Both the position numbers and the translations under genes were made by a program. The notes under the pieces are model-generated. The model was not told the DNA's origin, made no database searches, and saw nothing but the letters and a program-made list of their open reading frames with translations. 64,000 nucleotides of DNA from contig CAVTUQ010000010.1 of NCBI GenBank assembly GCA_963737905.1, positions 64,001 to 128,000 on the forward strand. Reading direction: 5' to 3'. Origin of the DNA: an uncultured delta proteobacterium. GTDB lineage: Bacteria; Desulfobacterota; Binatia; UBA9968. Shown piece by piece: positions 1-9,339 of this stretch (position 1 is the stretch's first letter; every line of letters begins with the position of its first letter).

Positions 1-575
1 ATATTTCGAATCCAATAGAGTTGCAGCAGCATGTCCGCGGCGGCAATGCCACCGACCGCCACGAAAGCCGCGCGCCAGCCGAAGGTGGCGATAATTCTAC
101 TCGCAAGCACGGCGCCGATTGCGCCACCGATTCCATAGGACACCGAGACTAGGCTTGCGCCGAGCCCGCGGCGATTCGGCAGCAGATCGGACATGATCGC
201 GTAGAGCGACGGAGGGGTAAAACCGTAGCCGATCCCCGTGAGGGCGAGAAAAAAGAAGAATAAGATCGGGTGACCACTCACTCCGGCCAAGCCGAAACCG
301 AGCGCGAGAAGACTCAACCCGGTAATCAATACGGTCTTGCGTCCGATTTTATCCGCTAGACGGCCGGCGATACCGCTCGTTAACGCCGCGATGATCATCA
401 TTACCGAGAACAGGCTGCCGGCTGCGATCGTGGAAAGTGAAAAGGTTTGACGGATTTCAGGAAGAGCGATGCCCAGGGTCGCTACCATCATCGATGGCAT
501 CAGGTTGGAGCATGGGACGATGCAGAGCGTCAGGCGTTGCTGCCGCCTGTCTGCCGCTGGTTTAAGGCTTTCGAT
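1..575 (-). CDS. MFS transporter, N-terminal part (runs off the left edge of the window)
   Basis: Manual translation gives ...MPSMMVATLGIALPEIRQTFSLSTIAAGSLFSVMMIIAALTSGIAGRLADKIGRKTVL..., with MFS motif A (GxLADKIGRK) and hydrophobic helices. First ATG is at 500, but the frame is open to about 575, so the start is uncertain. Confidence 0.85.
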   Translation of the reverse strand, partial: MESLKPAADRRQQRLTLCIVPCSNLMPSMMVATLGIALPEIRQTFSLSTIAAGSLFSVMMIIAALTSGIAGRLADKIGRKTVLITGLSLLALGFGLAGVSGHPILFFFFLALTGIGYGFTPPSLYAIMSDLLPNRRGLGASLVSVSYGIGGAIGAVLASRIIATFGWRAAFVAVGGIAAADMLLQLYWIRN

Positions 576-583
576 GAGAATCC

Positions 584-931
584 TTATTTGAGAGGAATCA
601 TGATGCAATCGCGAGGCTGGCCGCCGATCACCCGAGTGATGTGACCATGGCCAGTGGTATCGTCCGCAAGCATGACGTCGCCGGGCCCGAAACGCCTCAC
701 CGTACCGTCGCCGGTTTCGATCTCGACCTGTCCGGCGAGCGTGACGACATACTGACGCCGTGGTGCCGGATGATAATTGCTCCGATGGGTTGGCGGCACG
801 CGACGAAAGATGATCCCGTCCACCGATTGAAGCTCGGAAACTTCCATGTGTCCCCGGAGGTTGAGTTCAATCTCAAGGTCTTCGAAATGAGATTCGTTGT
901 CCGTTCCGGTGTATATTCTAACGACCTTCAT
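584..931 (-). CDS. Cupin-domain protein
   Basis: MKVVRIYTGTDNESHFED...HPAPRRQYVVTLAGQVEIETGDG...DDTTGHGH has cupin-like His/Glu motifs. Probable start is the ATG at 931. Confidence 0.8.
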   Translation of the reverse strand: MKVVRIYTGTDNESHFEDLEIELNLRGHMEVSELQSVDGIIFRRVPPTHRSNYHPAPRRQYVVTLAGQVEIETGDGTVRRFGPGDVMLADDTTGHGHITRVIGGQPRDCIMIPLK

Positions 932-989
932 GAGTTGGGTTGTAGGAGAATCGGTGGGAAAAAGCAAGGCGAAAAAACCCCGAATCATA

Positions 990-1028
990 GTTCCAATCGT
1001 TCCAGCCGTTCAAGTCGTTCCAAACGTT
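990..1028. repeat. Tandem 9-mer array, 4 x GTTC(C/A)ANNC
   Basis: GTTCCAATC GTTCCAGCC GTTCAAGTC GTTCCAAAC GTT read directly. Confidence 0.8.
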
Positions 1029-1130
1029 GGGCTCTGATTTGTGACCACGAAAGGTCTTTGCCGTGAGGAAGAAAATGGCCTATAAACGGTTCTAGTAAAT
1101 TCCTTGGTCCTGAGAGTGAGGAGTAATTCC

Positions 1131-2552
1131 ATGAGCGAAGAAATTTTAAATCAGCTGGCCGCAGATATGAACAAACTCCTCACCGAACCGGTGGGGAGCC
1201 GCAGTGTCAAAATAACCGACCTGACGCCGCGAGACGGGCAGCAGTGCAAACTGGCGACCCGGGTGACCACTGACGACTTGATGCCACTGTGTGCTGCGCT
1301 GGACAACTGTGGGTTTTATGCCGTGGAAGTTTGGGGCGGCGCGACCTTCGACGTGTGCATGCGCTACCTTAAAGAAGATCCGTGGGAGCGTCTACGGCGC
1401 ATCAAAGCAGTGATGCCCAAAACCAAATTGCAGATGCTCCTTCGCGGGCAGCATATTCTGGCCTATCGGCCCTACACCGACAAAATCGTTTGGAAGTTCG
1501 TCGAACGGGCCATCGCTAATGGTATGAACGTCTTCCGGATTTTCGAGGCGACCAATGATTTCCGAAACATCGAGACCGCGACCAAGGCCGTGAAAGAGCT
1601 CGGCGGCGAGGCTCACGTCGAAGTCAACTACACCGTGAGCCCGGTTCATACTCTGGCTAAATGGATGGAGTATGCCGAGCAACTCATCGAGGTCGGCGCG
1701 GATTGGTTGTCGTTCAAGGATGCCACGGGAATCCTCACACCTTTCGATAGCTACAGGATTATCAAGGGGATAAAAGATCGCGCGAAGGGCAACCTGCCGG
1801 TTTTGCTCCATTGCCACGACATGGGTGGAACCTCCAGCATGTCTCACCTGATGGCCATCTTGGCGGGCGTCGATATGATCGACACGGTGTTGTCCCCGCT
1901 CTCGTTCGGCTCGGCGCATCCGGCCACCGAGACCATGGTAGCATCGTTAAAAGGGACGCCTTTCGATACCGGTATCGATGTGAAGATCTTGGAAGAGCCG
2001 GCGCAAATCACGCGCCAGATCAAAGAAAAATACGAAAAGTACGAGACTGGATATACGGGTGTGAGTGCAGACGTGTTCATTCATAAGGTGCCCGGCGGCA
2101 TGATCTCGAACATGGTGGCGCAATTGAAGGAAGCCAAGCGGATGGATCTGATGGAGGCGGTGCTGAAAGAAACGCCGAGCGTCGAGAAGGACTTAGGCCA
2201 TCCGCCGTTATTGACGCCGACGAGCCAGATCGTGGGAGTTCAAGCCGTGCTCAATGTCCTGGCGGGCGAGCGATACAAGATCGTTAGCAGGGAGACCAGC
2301 GATTACGTAAAGGGAAAGTATGGGCGTCCACCGGGTCCGGTGAGCCAGGAACTGATCAAGAAAATCATGAAAGACAAAGAGCCGGATTATTCGCTCCGCT
2401 CGGGCGAGCTGGCCGATCCTGGGGATTGGGATAAGGCGGCCAAAGATCTCGGGCCGCTGGCGAAAAGCGATGAAGATCTTCTGCTCGGAGTGCTTTTCCC
2501 GATGCAGGCAAAGGAGTTTCTAACGCTCAGGGAAGGTAAGGGACTGCACTAA
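1131..2552 (+). CDS. Pyruvate/oxaloacetate carboxyltransferase (PycB/OadA-like), no biotinyl domain
   Basis: Motifs RDGQQ..LATR, EVWGGATFD, EDPWERLR, QMLLRG, HCH, VPGGMISN and TPTSQIVG. RBS GAGGAG precedes ATG 1131. Confidence 0.9.
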   Translation: MSEEILNQLAADMNKLLTEPVGSRSVKITDLTPRDGQQCKLATRVTTDDLMPLCAALDNCGFYAVEVWGGATFDVCMRYLKEDPWERLRRIKAVMPKTKLQMLLRGQHILAYRPYTDKIVWKFVERAIANGMNVFRIFEATNDFRNIETATKAVKELGGEAHVEVNYTVSPVHTLAKWMEYAEQLIEVGADWLSFKDATGILTPFDSYRIIKGIKDRAKGNLPVLLHCHDMGGTSSMSHLMAILAGVDMIDTVLSPLSFGSAHPATETMVASLKGTPFDTGIDVKILEEPAQITRQIKEKYEKYETGYTGVSADVFIHKVPGGMISNMVAQLKEAKRMDLMEAVLKETPSVEKDLGHPPLLTPTSQIVGVQAVLNVLAGERYKIVSRETSDYVKGKYGRPPGPVSQELIKKIMKDKEPDYSLRSGELADPGDWDKAAKDLGPLAKSDEDLLLGVLFPMQAKEFLTLREGKGLH

Positions 2553-2555
2553 GAA

Positions 2556-2594
2556 GTTCAAGACGTTCAAATCGTTCAAGCCGTTCAAATCGTT
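2556..2594. repeat. Tandem 9-mer array, 4 x GTTCAANNC
   Basis: GTTCAAGAC GTTCAAATC GTTCAAGCC GTTCAAATC GTT. Confidence 0.8.
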
Positions 2595-2699
2595 TTTCGG
2601 AGATGGCTTGCCAAAAAGCAGCCAACGATATTTCGGGGATCGAAAATAGAGGATCGAGGATCGCGATCTCCAATTTTCCATTCTCGATTTTCCAGAAAC

Positions 2700-3608
2700 A
2701 TGCCTGAGCTTCCGGACGTTACCGTTTACATCGAGGCGCTCGCGGAACGGGTCCTGAATCGGGCGATTCAGAAGATCCGCATCGGCAGTCCGTTTGTTTT
2801 GCGCTCCTTCGATCCGCCGATTGGCGCCGCAGAAGGAAAGATAGTTTTAGCGCTTCGACGGCTGGGCAAACGCATCGTCTTCGAGCTGGAAGAGGAGCTT
2901 TATCTTATCGTTCATCTCATGATCGCTGGGCGGCTTCATTGGAAACCGAAGGGAGCGAAGATCGCCCGCAAATACGGACAGGCGGCGTTCGATTTTGGCA
3001 ATGGCACGCTCCTTTTAACCGAAGCCGGAACCAAGAAGCGAGCCTCGATCTACTTGGTACACGGAAAGGCCGCCTTACGAGAGCATGATCCCGGGGGTCT
3101 GGAAGTCTTTGATGCGAGCCTCGAACAATTCCGCGAAGCGCTCACGCGTGAAAATCACACATTGAAACGCTCGCTCACCGATCCCCATTTGTTCAGTGGG
3201 ATCGGCAACGCCTACTCCGACGAGATTCTCCACCGTGCGCGGCTCTCGCCGATTCGCCTCACCCAGCAAATGACGGCCGCTGAAATTGAAACACTTTACC
3301 GCGCGATCAGAGAATCGCTCAACGAATGGGTGGAACGGTTGCGCAAAGAAAGAGGCTCAGGATTCCCGGAAAAAGTCACGGCCTTCCGCCCCGACATGGC
3401 CGTCCACGGCAAGTACCGTAAGCCCTGTCCGGTTTGCGGCTCTCCAGTCCAGCGCATCGTCCACGCCGAGAACGAAACCAACTACTGCGCGACATGCCAG
3501 ACCGGCGGAAAGTTACTGGCCGACCGATCGTTGTCGCGACTGTTAAAACAGGATTGGCCGCGGACCTTGGAGGAGTTGGAGGAAGTACGTAGGGCACGAA
3601 CGGAGTGA
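2700..3608 (+). CDS. Fpg/Nei family DNA glycosylase
   Basis: N-terminal MPELPDV, H2TH motif GIGNAYSDEIL, C-terminal zinc finger CPVC...CATCQ. Confidence 0.93.
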   Translation: MPELPDVTVYIEALAERVLNRAIQKIRIGSPFVLRSFDPPIGAAEGKIVLALRRLGKRIVFELEEELYLIVHLMIAGRLHWKPKGAKIARKYGQAAFDFGNGTLLLTEAGTKKRASIYLVHGKAALREHDPGGLEVFDASLEQFREALTRENHTLKRSLTDPHLFSGIGNAYSDEILHRARLSPIRLTQQMTAAEIETLYRAIRESLNEWVERLRKERGSGFPEKVTAFRPDMAVHGKYRKPCPVCGSPVQRIVHAENETNYCATCQTGGKLLADRSLSRLLKQDWPRTLEELEEVRRARTE

Positions 3609-3626
3609 AGCTCGTCAAGTTGTTTT

Positions 3627-4217
3627 TTACGTCATCGGGATAAATCCAGGTTGGGCGTTCACCCGTTCGATCCAACTCCGAATCTTGGGAAAATCGTCCA
3701 GCGGGAAACCGCCTTCGTGGGAGACGTGCGTGTAGGCGAAGAGGGCGATATCGGCGATGGTGTAGTCCAGAACGAGGAAATCATTTTTTCCCAAGTGGGT
3801 TTCCATGATTTTGAGCGCCGCCCAGCCGCCGTCGCGCCGGGCCGCTAGAGTCGCGTCGCGTTCGGGTGAATCAGCTTTGTGTTGTAGCCAAAAACGCGAG
3901 GTGGCGATGTAGGGTTCGTGGCTATATTGTTCGAAGAACAGCCATTGAAACACTCGGGCCCAACACTTGCGGTCCTCCGGCAAGAACTTTGTGTCCCTCG
4001 CAAGATAGGCCAGAATCGCGTTCGATTCGGCAAGAACGAAACCGTTGTCATCAAGCACCGGGGTACGGCCGTTAGAGTTGATCTTCAGAAACTCCGGTGT
4101 CCTGCTTTCGCCTTTCAAGATGTCGACTTCAACGATTTCACAGGCCATGCCAAGTTGAGCCAGCAGCAGCCGAACTTTGTATGAGTTGCCGGAGTAGGCG
4201 ACGTTATAGAGTCTCAT
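3627..4217 (-). CDS. Glutathione S-transferase family protein
   Basis: SGNSYKVR, INSNGRTPVL, LAESNAIL, TIADIAL motifs. Confidence 0.92.
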   Translation of the reverse strand: MRLYNVAYSGNSYKVRLLLAQLGMACEIVEVDILKGESRTPEFLKINSNGRTPVLDDNGFVLAESNAILAYLARDTKFLPEDRKCWARVFQWLFFEQYSHEPYIATSRFWLQHKADSPERDATLAARRDGGWAALKIMETHLGKNDFLVLDYTIADIALFAYTHVSHEGGFPLDDFPKIRSWIERVNAQPGFIPMT

Positions 4218-4227
4218 GGGAATGAGG

Positions 4228-4423
4228 GTTCAACGTTCAAGGTTCCATGTTCAATGTAACGAAGCTACTGCAATACCGATACAGCGAGGGTTCTTCGAAT
4301 AAGCAAGATTTCTCGTCGCTTCGCTCCATCGGAATGACAAATGATGGGGTCGTGTACTGAGTGCCATTTCGAGCGAGAACCGAGAAATCTTTAACGTTGA
4401 ACGTTGAACCTGGAACCTTGAAC
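4228..4423. repeat. Composite hairpin: inverted 7-mer arrays enclosing a REP-like inverted pair
   Basis: Four GTTCAAN-like units (4228-4255) face four NTTGAAC-like units (4396-4423). Inside, AAGATTTCTCG (4305-4315) and CGAGAAATCTT (4381-4391) are a perfect inverted repeat. Confidence 0.75.
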
Positions 4424-4425
4424 TT

Positions 4426-5562
4426 CTAAATCTGGCTTTCGAGTATCTCCAGCCCATCCAAGCGATCGATGAGGTAAAGCTTACCGTCGTCCGAACGGAA
4501 AACATCATTGCTCTGAACCGCCGTTTGATCTTTACCTGGCAATGGAACGTAATAGCCGACTTCCTTCGGGGCGAAAGGGTTTGAGAGGTCAAGGGCGCGC
4601 AGGCCGCCGGCGAACCACGTGACATAGTGTATGTTGTCGTAGACTTGTTCTGCGGGTTGATGGGCGCCAAAACGGCTGCCGGGCTTGGACTCGCCGTCGT
4701 ACGGAATCATGTAGTTTGCGACCGGGATGGGGCGGGTCTCTTCTGTGATATCGACCACCCAGAGAAAAGCGTTGGGCGTCGGCATCAGCTTCTCGCCGAC
4801 TTCCTCGTCCGTGACGATCATAAAATCGCGGTCCATAATCTTATTCGCCAATGGCAAGGTCGTGTGCGTGGGGCACGGGTAGGGCGGGCTCCAGTCGAAC
4901 ATGCTCAGGGTTTTGGGTTTGCTCATGTCCGAGATATCGACGATGGCGAATCCGCCGAACCAGTAACTGATGTATAAACGGTCGTCGCGGCGGATCGGAT
5001 GATGACATCGGCGGTCCCAGCCATGCCAAGTGGGTGTTTCGCCGCCGGCGGCCCATTGGCCCGGCATCCACCAGCGACCTACTTCTTCCGGCTTCTCTGG
5101 ATTTTTTAGGTCTAGAATCAACGCAATGTTTCCGACGTAGCCTTCCATGTGCGGTGAAAGATACGCGTAGCGGCCGTCGAAGGTGAAACGATGAACGCCC
5201 TTGGCGGCGGCCTTGAAAAACGCGATCTCGCGCGGTCTTGTGCGATTCGAGATGTCGAGGACTTTCAGACCGCCTTGCGGTTCTCCCTTGGTCTTATAAC
5301 GCTCGTAGTTGATCAGCATCACGTCGCCGCTGACGCGGACCTTGTGAGAATGAATGCCCTCGGGCACTTCGAGCTGAGCGACAAGCTTCGGGTTCTTTGG
5401 ATCGTGGACGTCGATGATGGATGTGCCGTGCGGCGGTTCGATGTGACCCACGTAGGCGTAGCCGTTCTCCACGACGATGGAGCCTCCACCGGGAAGGTCC
5501 ATGCGTCCGATCTGTTTGATTTTTTGACTCACGCCGACTGGCAGTTTGCCGTTCGTTGCCAT
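4426..5562 (-). CDS. LVIVD-repeat beta-propeller protein
   Basis: Repeated units GYAYV...IIDVHDPKNP, LILDLKNPEKP, IVDISDMSKP, ALDLSNPFAP. RBS GAGG precedes MATNG at 5562. Confidence 0.85.
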   Translation of the reverse strand: MATNGKLPVGVSQKIKQIGRMDLPGGGSIVVENGYAYVGHIEPPHGTSIIDVHDPKNPKLVAQLEVPEGIHSHKVRVSGDVMLINYERYKTKGEPQGGLKVLDISNRTRPREIAFFKAAAKGVHRFTFDGRYAYLSPHMEGYVGNIALILDLKNPEKPEEVGRWWMPGQWAAGGETPTWHGWDRRCHHPIRRDDRLYISYWFGGFAIVDISDMSKPKTLSMFDWSPPYPCPTHTTLPLANKIMDRDFMIVTDEEVGEKLMPTPNAFLWVVDITEETRPIPVANYMIPYDGESKPGSRFGAHQPAEQVYDNIHYVTWFAGGLRALDLSNPFAPKEVGYYVPLPGKDQTAVQSNDVFRSDDGKLYLIDRLDGLEILESQI

Positions 5563-5603
5563 GGGTATTGCCTCCCTCTGGGTTGTTGGAATTGGTGTTA
5601 GAT

Positions 5604-5757
5604 TAATCCAGGTTTCCTGTGAAGAAGCATTCACCACAGAGACACAGAGTCCGCAGAGTTCGGAGAGTTTTTTTCAAGAAATCTCTTACTCCGCGTCCTC
5701 GGCGCCTCCGCGGTGCAATCTCCGAGTCCTGCTTCACAAGAAAGCCTGAAGCCCCTA
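5604..5757 (-). repeat. MITE-like dispersed hairpin element, copy 1
   Basis: Homologous along its length to the reverse complement of 16454-16608. Near-terminal IR CAGGTTTCCTGTGAAG / CTTCACAAGAAAGCCTG, with TA at both ends. Confidence 0.8.
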
Positions 5758-6393
5758 GTTTTTTGCCTTCTGAATCATCTCCAGAACTTGGTCGGTGGTT
5801 CGCACGCGCGACATCCGCGGAAAAATAAGCTCCATCAGAGTGTCGTGAGCGCGTTGGTCATGAGAGGTGCCACAGCCATCCCGCACGACGATCATGTTGT
5901 AGTCCAGATCTCTGCCCGAGTAAACCGTGGACGTTACACCTACATCGGTGGAGCCACCGGAAATGATCAAGGTGTCGATGTGGCGCGAACGAAGGGCGAG
6001 ATCTAGATAGGTCTGATGGAAAGCGCTCCAGCGATATTTGGGAATATAGTAGTCGTCCGCTTGCGGTTCCAGGTCGGCAAGCACGTCGGAGCTCTTGTCA
6101 CCGGCGATGACGTGCATTTTCGTCTGGGTTACTTCGCCCTTCGGCCAGGGTGTCAGTGAATTGTTCGTATCGGTGAGAAGTAACGCTGTGGTCGCGTTGT
6201 CCGGACGATGATTCCCTTTGGCGAAAAAAAGCGGCAGCCCAGCAGCCCGTCCTGCCTTACTGAGCCGGACGGCGTTTTGAATCCAGGGTTTCAGCACCCT
6301 GGGTTTGCCTGGTTCCGGCGCGGGCACATAGCCGTTCAAAATATCGAAAAAGAGCAGTGCCGTTTTCTTTAGACTGAAATCACTTACATTCAT
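5755..6393 (-). CDS. Isochorismatase-family hydrolase
   Basis: TALLFFD, K..RWSAF..T.LD..LR...IDTLII.G.STD.GV.ST...G.DLDY motifs. Confidence 0.88.
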   Translation of the reverse strand: MNVSDFSLKKTALLFFDILNGYVPAPEPGKPRVLKPWIQNAVRLSKAGRAAGLPLFFAKGNHRPDNATTALLLTDTNNSLTPWPKGEVTQTKMHVIAGDKSSDVLADLEPQADDYYIPKYRWSAFHQTYLDLALRSRHIDTLIISGGSTDVGVTSTVYSGRDLDYNMIVVRDGCGTSHDQRAHDTLMELIFPRMSRVRTTDQVLEMIQKAKN

Positions 6394-6403
6394 GGCGGAT
6401 CTC

Positions 6404-7162
6404 CTAGCGGATCTTGATGCCCCGTTTTTCCTTTTCCTCTATCACTTTCCAACCCTGATCGGTATACCATTCGATCTGCCGGAATAGTCCAGTAAAAATC
6501 CGCACGTCTTTGTCTTCGAGGCCCGCGCGGCCCAGGATTCGTCGGAAGGCCAAGAGCATATGTTCGGGATTCTCCGAATCGAGAAAGCCGATTTTCAATA
6601 ACACCTTCCGCATGCGGTCAAACAAGCGCTCGACATCCTCAGCCCGGGCGCGCTGAATTCCGGCATTCTCTACCGGCGACAGCGATGCCAGATAAAGTTC
6701 ATAAAGGCAGATGACGGCGGTTTGAGCGACGTTGAGCGATGGGTAGTCCGGATGCGTCGGGATGGTCATGAGTAGCTGGCAATGCTCGACGTCCTTGTTA
6801 CTCAAACCGTGATCCTCGGGCCCAAAGATGAGCGCTACCTTGCTTGTGTTTGCCACCGCAGTGATTTCACGGGCCAGGTCTCGCGGGGTCTTACTGTGTT
6901 TGCGGTAAAGTCCGGTTCGGCAAGTTGTTCCCACGACGAGAGCACAATCCGCGATCGCTTCACGCAGGGTGTCGTAGCCTTTTGCGTTGCCGAGGATATC
7001 GCGGCCGTGGGCGGCCATGGCCCGTGCCAAAAAGCTCCGGGTGCGAGCTTTGCCGACGATGGCCAATTCGGTCTGACCCATATTTTTCATGGCCCGGGCG
7101 ACGGAGCCGATGTTTCCCGATCCCCGCGGTCTTACGAGTACGATCCGAATGTTGCCCAACAT
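6404..7162 (-). CDS. trmJ: TrmJ/LasT family SPOUT RNA methyltransferase
   Basis: IRIVLV.P...GNIGSVARAMKNMG, FGPEDHGL, SLNVAQ. Confidence 0.88.
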   Translation of the reverse strand: MLGNIRIVLVRPRGSGNIGSVARAMKNMGQTELAIVGKARTRSFLARAMAAHGRDILGNAKGYDTLREAIADCALVVGTTCRTGLYRKHSKTPRDLAREITAVANTSKVALIFGPEDHGLSNKDVEHCQLLMTIPTHPDYPSLNVAQTAVICLYELYLASLSPVENAGIQRARAEDVERLFDRMRKVLLKIGFLDSENPEHMLLAFRRILGRAGLEDKDVRIFTGLFRQIEWYTDQGWKVIEEKEKRGIKIR

Positions 7163-7204
7163 GAAGATGCTTCTACTCAGTTTTTCGGCAGGGTGAAAGA
7201 GCGG

Positions 7205-7858
7205 TCACCCTTTGGCAAAAGGACAAAACTTATTCTTCCGGATGATGCTCCGGTTCATATCGTCGAATTCAGTTCTGTAGCCCAAGTCTTCGTGCATGAT
7301 AGATGCACGGTCGTCAACGTGTTCCGCGCCAAAGATGTGGGCAAGTTCGTGAATCAAAGCAACAACATCCGGTTCCGGTTCGGCGTTTGCGTCCTTGTAA
7401 TGAAATGGCTTATTGACTGGGGTGACGACATAATTTCCCAGTCCTTGTTGACAATTGCCGATTCGGTCGACGCGCGGCCGGCCGGCGACGAAGTATCGGC
7501 TGGTCCCTTCCGCAGTGAACGCAACGATCAAGTCATAGCTTCCATCCTTCTTCTGGCTGGGAAAGTCTTGCTCGACCCTGGCCAGCAAATCGACAGTGGA
7601 GTGTATCCTTTCCTGTGCGGGCCAGGGTAAGGCACTCTGAGTAACAAGCCGAATGCCGAATTCGCGTTCGTAATAGTCGGAGGCTGATTCGATCAGGCCG
7701 CGAGCCTCATCTGGCCAGCGGGAGTTTCGTGCTCTGAAGCTCACATCGGCCAGCGCTTTGACGCGCACGACCCGCTGGGGTTCGGGAGCGAAAACAGCGC
7801 AGGAAGAAAGGCAAAGCGCACTAAGGATGGAGCAAATTATCCGTCGGCGCGTAATCAT
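7205..7858 (-). CDS. Zinc metallopeptidase lipoprotein (metzincin-like)
   Basis: Lipobox-like LSSC, HELAHIFGAEH (HExxHxxGxxH), followed by Met-turn SIM. Confidence 0.8.
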   Translation of the reverse strand: MITRRRIICSILSALCLSSCAVFAPEPQRVVRVKALADVSFRARNSRWPDEARGLIESASDYYEREFGIRLVTQSALPWPAQERIHSTVDLLARVEQDFPSQKKDGSYDLIVAFTAEGTSRYFVAGRPRVDRIGNCQQGLGNYVVTPVNKPFHYKDANAEPEPDVVALIHELAHIFGAEHVDDRASIMHEDLGYRTEFDDMNRSIIRKNKFCPFAKG

Positions 7859-9337
7859 CTGTCAATACGGGAACGTCTTGATCGGCTAACACGCCGTCAT
7901 AATAGGCGACGCCAAGGTCGTTGATAGGGTCAGGGAAGAGGCCTTTATCGAGGCGGCGGCGCGCTTGACGATTTCCTTGATATCGAGTCGCTGTTTGTCT
8001 TTGGTCGCGACGACGATCACGTTTTGTATGGTGTCCACGCTGACGTTGTCCGGACGGCGGGCGGCAAAAACGTAGGTTTGCGGGAAGATGCGGCGTTGGG
8101 TTTTGACAAAGGCGCGAGCGATTCTACCGGAGGGGCCGGTGACGGCGCTTATGAGATTGGCGACGACGATACCGTTGGTGGTCAGTTTTTTCTGCGCCAG
8201 CTCGAAAAACTCCTGCGTGGCCAGGTGAAACGGCATCGCATCTGAGTAGTAGGCGTCGATCAGGATGATATCGTATTGATTTGGCGTACGGGTTAAAAAA
8301 AGCCGTCCGTCCTGGGCGTAGAGCCGAAGATTTTTACCGTCCCGGACGTTAAAATGACTTTTTGCCAATTGGATGACTTCAGGATCAATTTCGACAACGT
8401 CGATCTCCAAGGATGGAAATTCTTTCTGGAGCTTTTTCGGGATCGAGCCGCCGCCGAGCCCGATAATAAGGATCTTCTTCGCATCGGGTCTAAAGGCGAA
8501 GCCCAAGGAGGTATAGCGGGAATAGATCAGGCGGAGCGCCGTTGGATCCTTCAAATTCATGGCGCTTTGCAGTGTCCGGTCGAAATACATATACCGGGCC
8601 TCGTCGTCTTCCTCGATGCGAATGCGATGGTAGAACGTATCCTTCTCCAGCAATGTTTTCGTTCGCGCCCAAAGCGCCGGTGTCCAAGCCATCGTGATGG
8701 ATCCAATAATGACCGATAACGTCGTCACCGCGCGGGCCAGCTCAATTCCCTTTATCTTTACCATTGGCACCACGACCAGTGAAAGGCAGACTAATATGAT
8801 ACCGAGAAAGTGAATGATATTACTGACACCCATAAGCGGTATCAAGTAAAAAGCGGTCAAAAGGGTACCAAGGATACTGCCGCAGGTAGACACGGCATAG
8901 AGAGTTCCAGCGGTGCTGCCAACAGTGGAAAGTTTAGTCGCTGCCAATCGTATGACGTAGGGCGAGATGGTTCCCAAGAAAACCCCCGGCAACAGGAAGT
9001 AGATGCTGCTCGCGATCAAAGGATTCAGCCGGGTACCGAAATCGATGCCGGCGATCCACTCATTAACATCTCGGTAGATGAAGGGAAGGCAAAAAATCAG
9101 AATACCCGGAATCAATAGCAAAGTGAGAAGCCGGGAATAAGAAGGTTCGCGAGCTGAAAGCCACCCGCCCCAGTAATAACCGATGCTGAGAGCAGCCATC
9201 ACTACAGAGATCAGGCTCCCCCAAACAAAAATTGAGCTGCCGAAATAGGGAGCCAACACGCGGCTGCCGACGATCTCAAGACTCATCAAGACGGCCCCGC
9301 TTACGAACACGACGACATTGAGCAGAAATTGCACCAT
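7821..9337 (-). CDS. Fused membrane domain / spermidine-synthase-like SAM-binding protein (1-bp frameshift near 7952)
   Basis: N-terminal TM helices, IGLGGG, VEIDPEV and DGR motifs. The alternate frame after ~7952 restores the family C-terminus ...VPVLTDDYAPTDNLLHP* (stop at 7821). Confidence 0.85.
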
Positions 9338-9339
9338 GG

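Noticed and set aside
990-2594. 9-mer arrays as CRISPR repeats
   Set aside because: Units are 9 bp, contiguous and have no spacers; no cas genes.
5619-5828. Similar small ORFs (MKKHSPQRHR...; 16314-16592 and 16462-16650) as a peptide family
   Set aside because: The similarity comes from the shared DNA repeat, and reading frames are not preserved between copies.
6782-7630. Long antisense ORFs (also 28776-29603, 54710-55279, 55379-56056, 60759-61397)
   Set aside because: Shadows of well-supported genes on the opposite strand in GC-rich DNA; no motifs.
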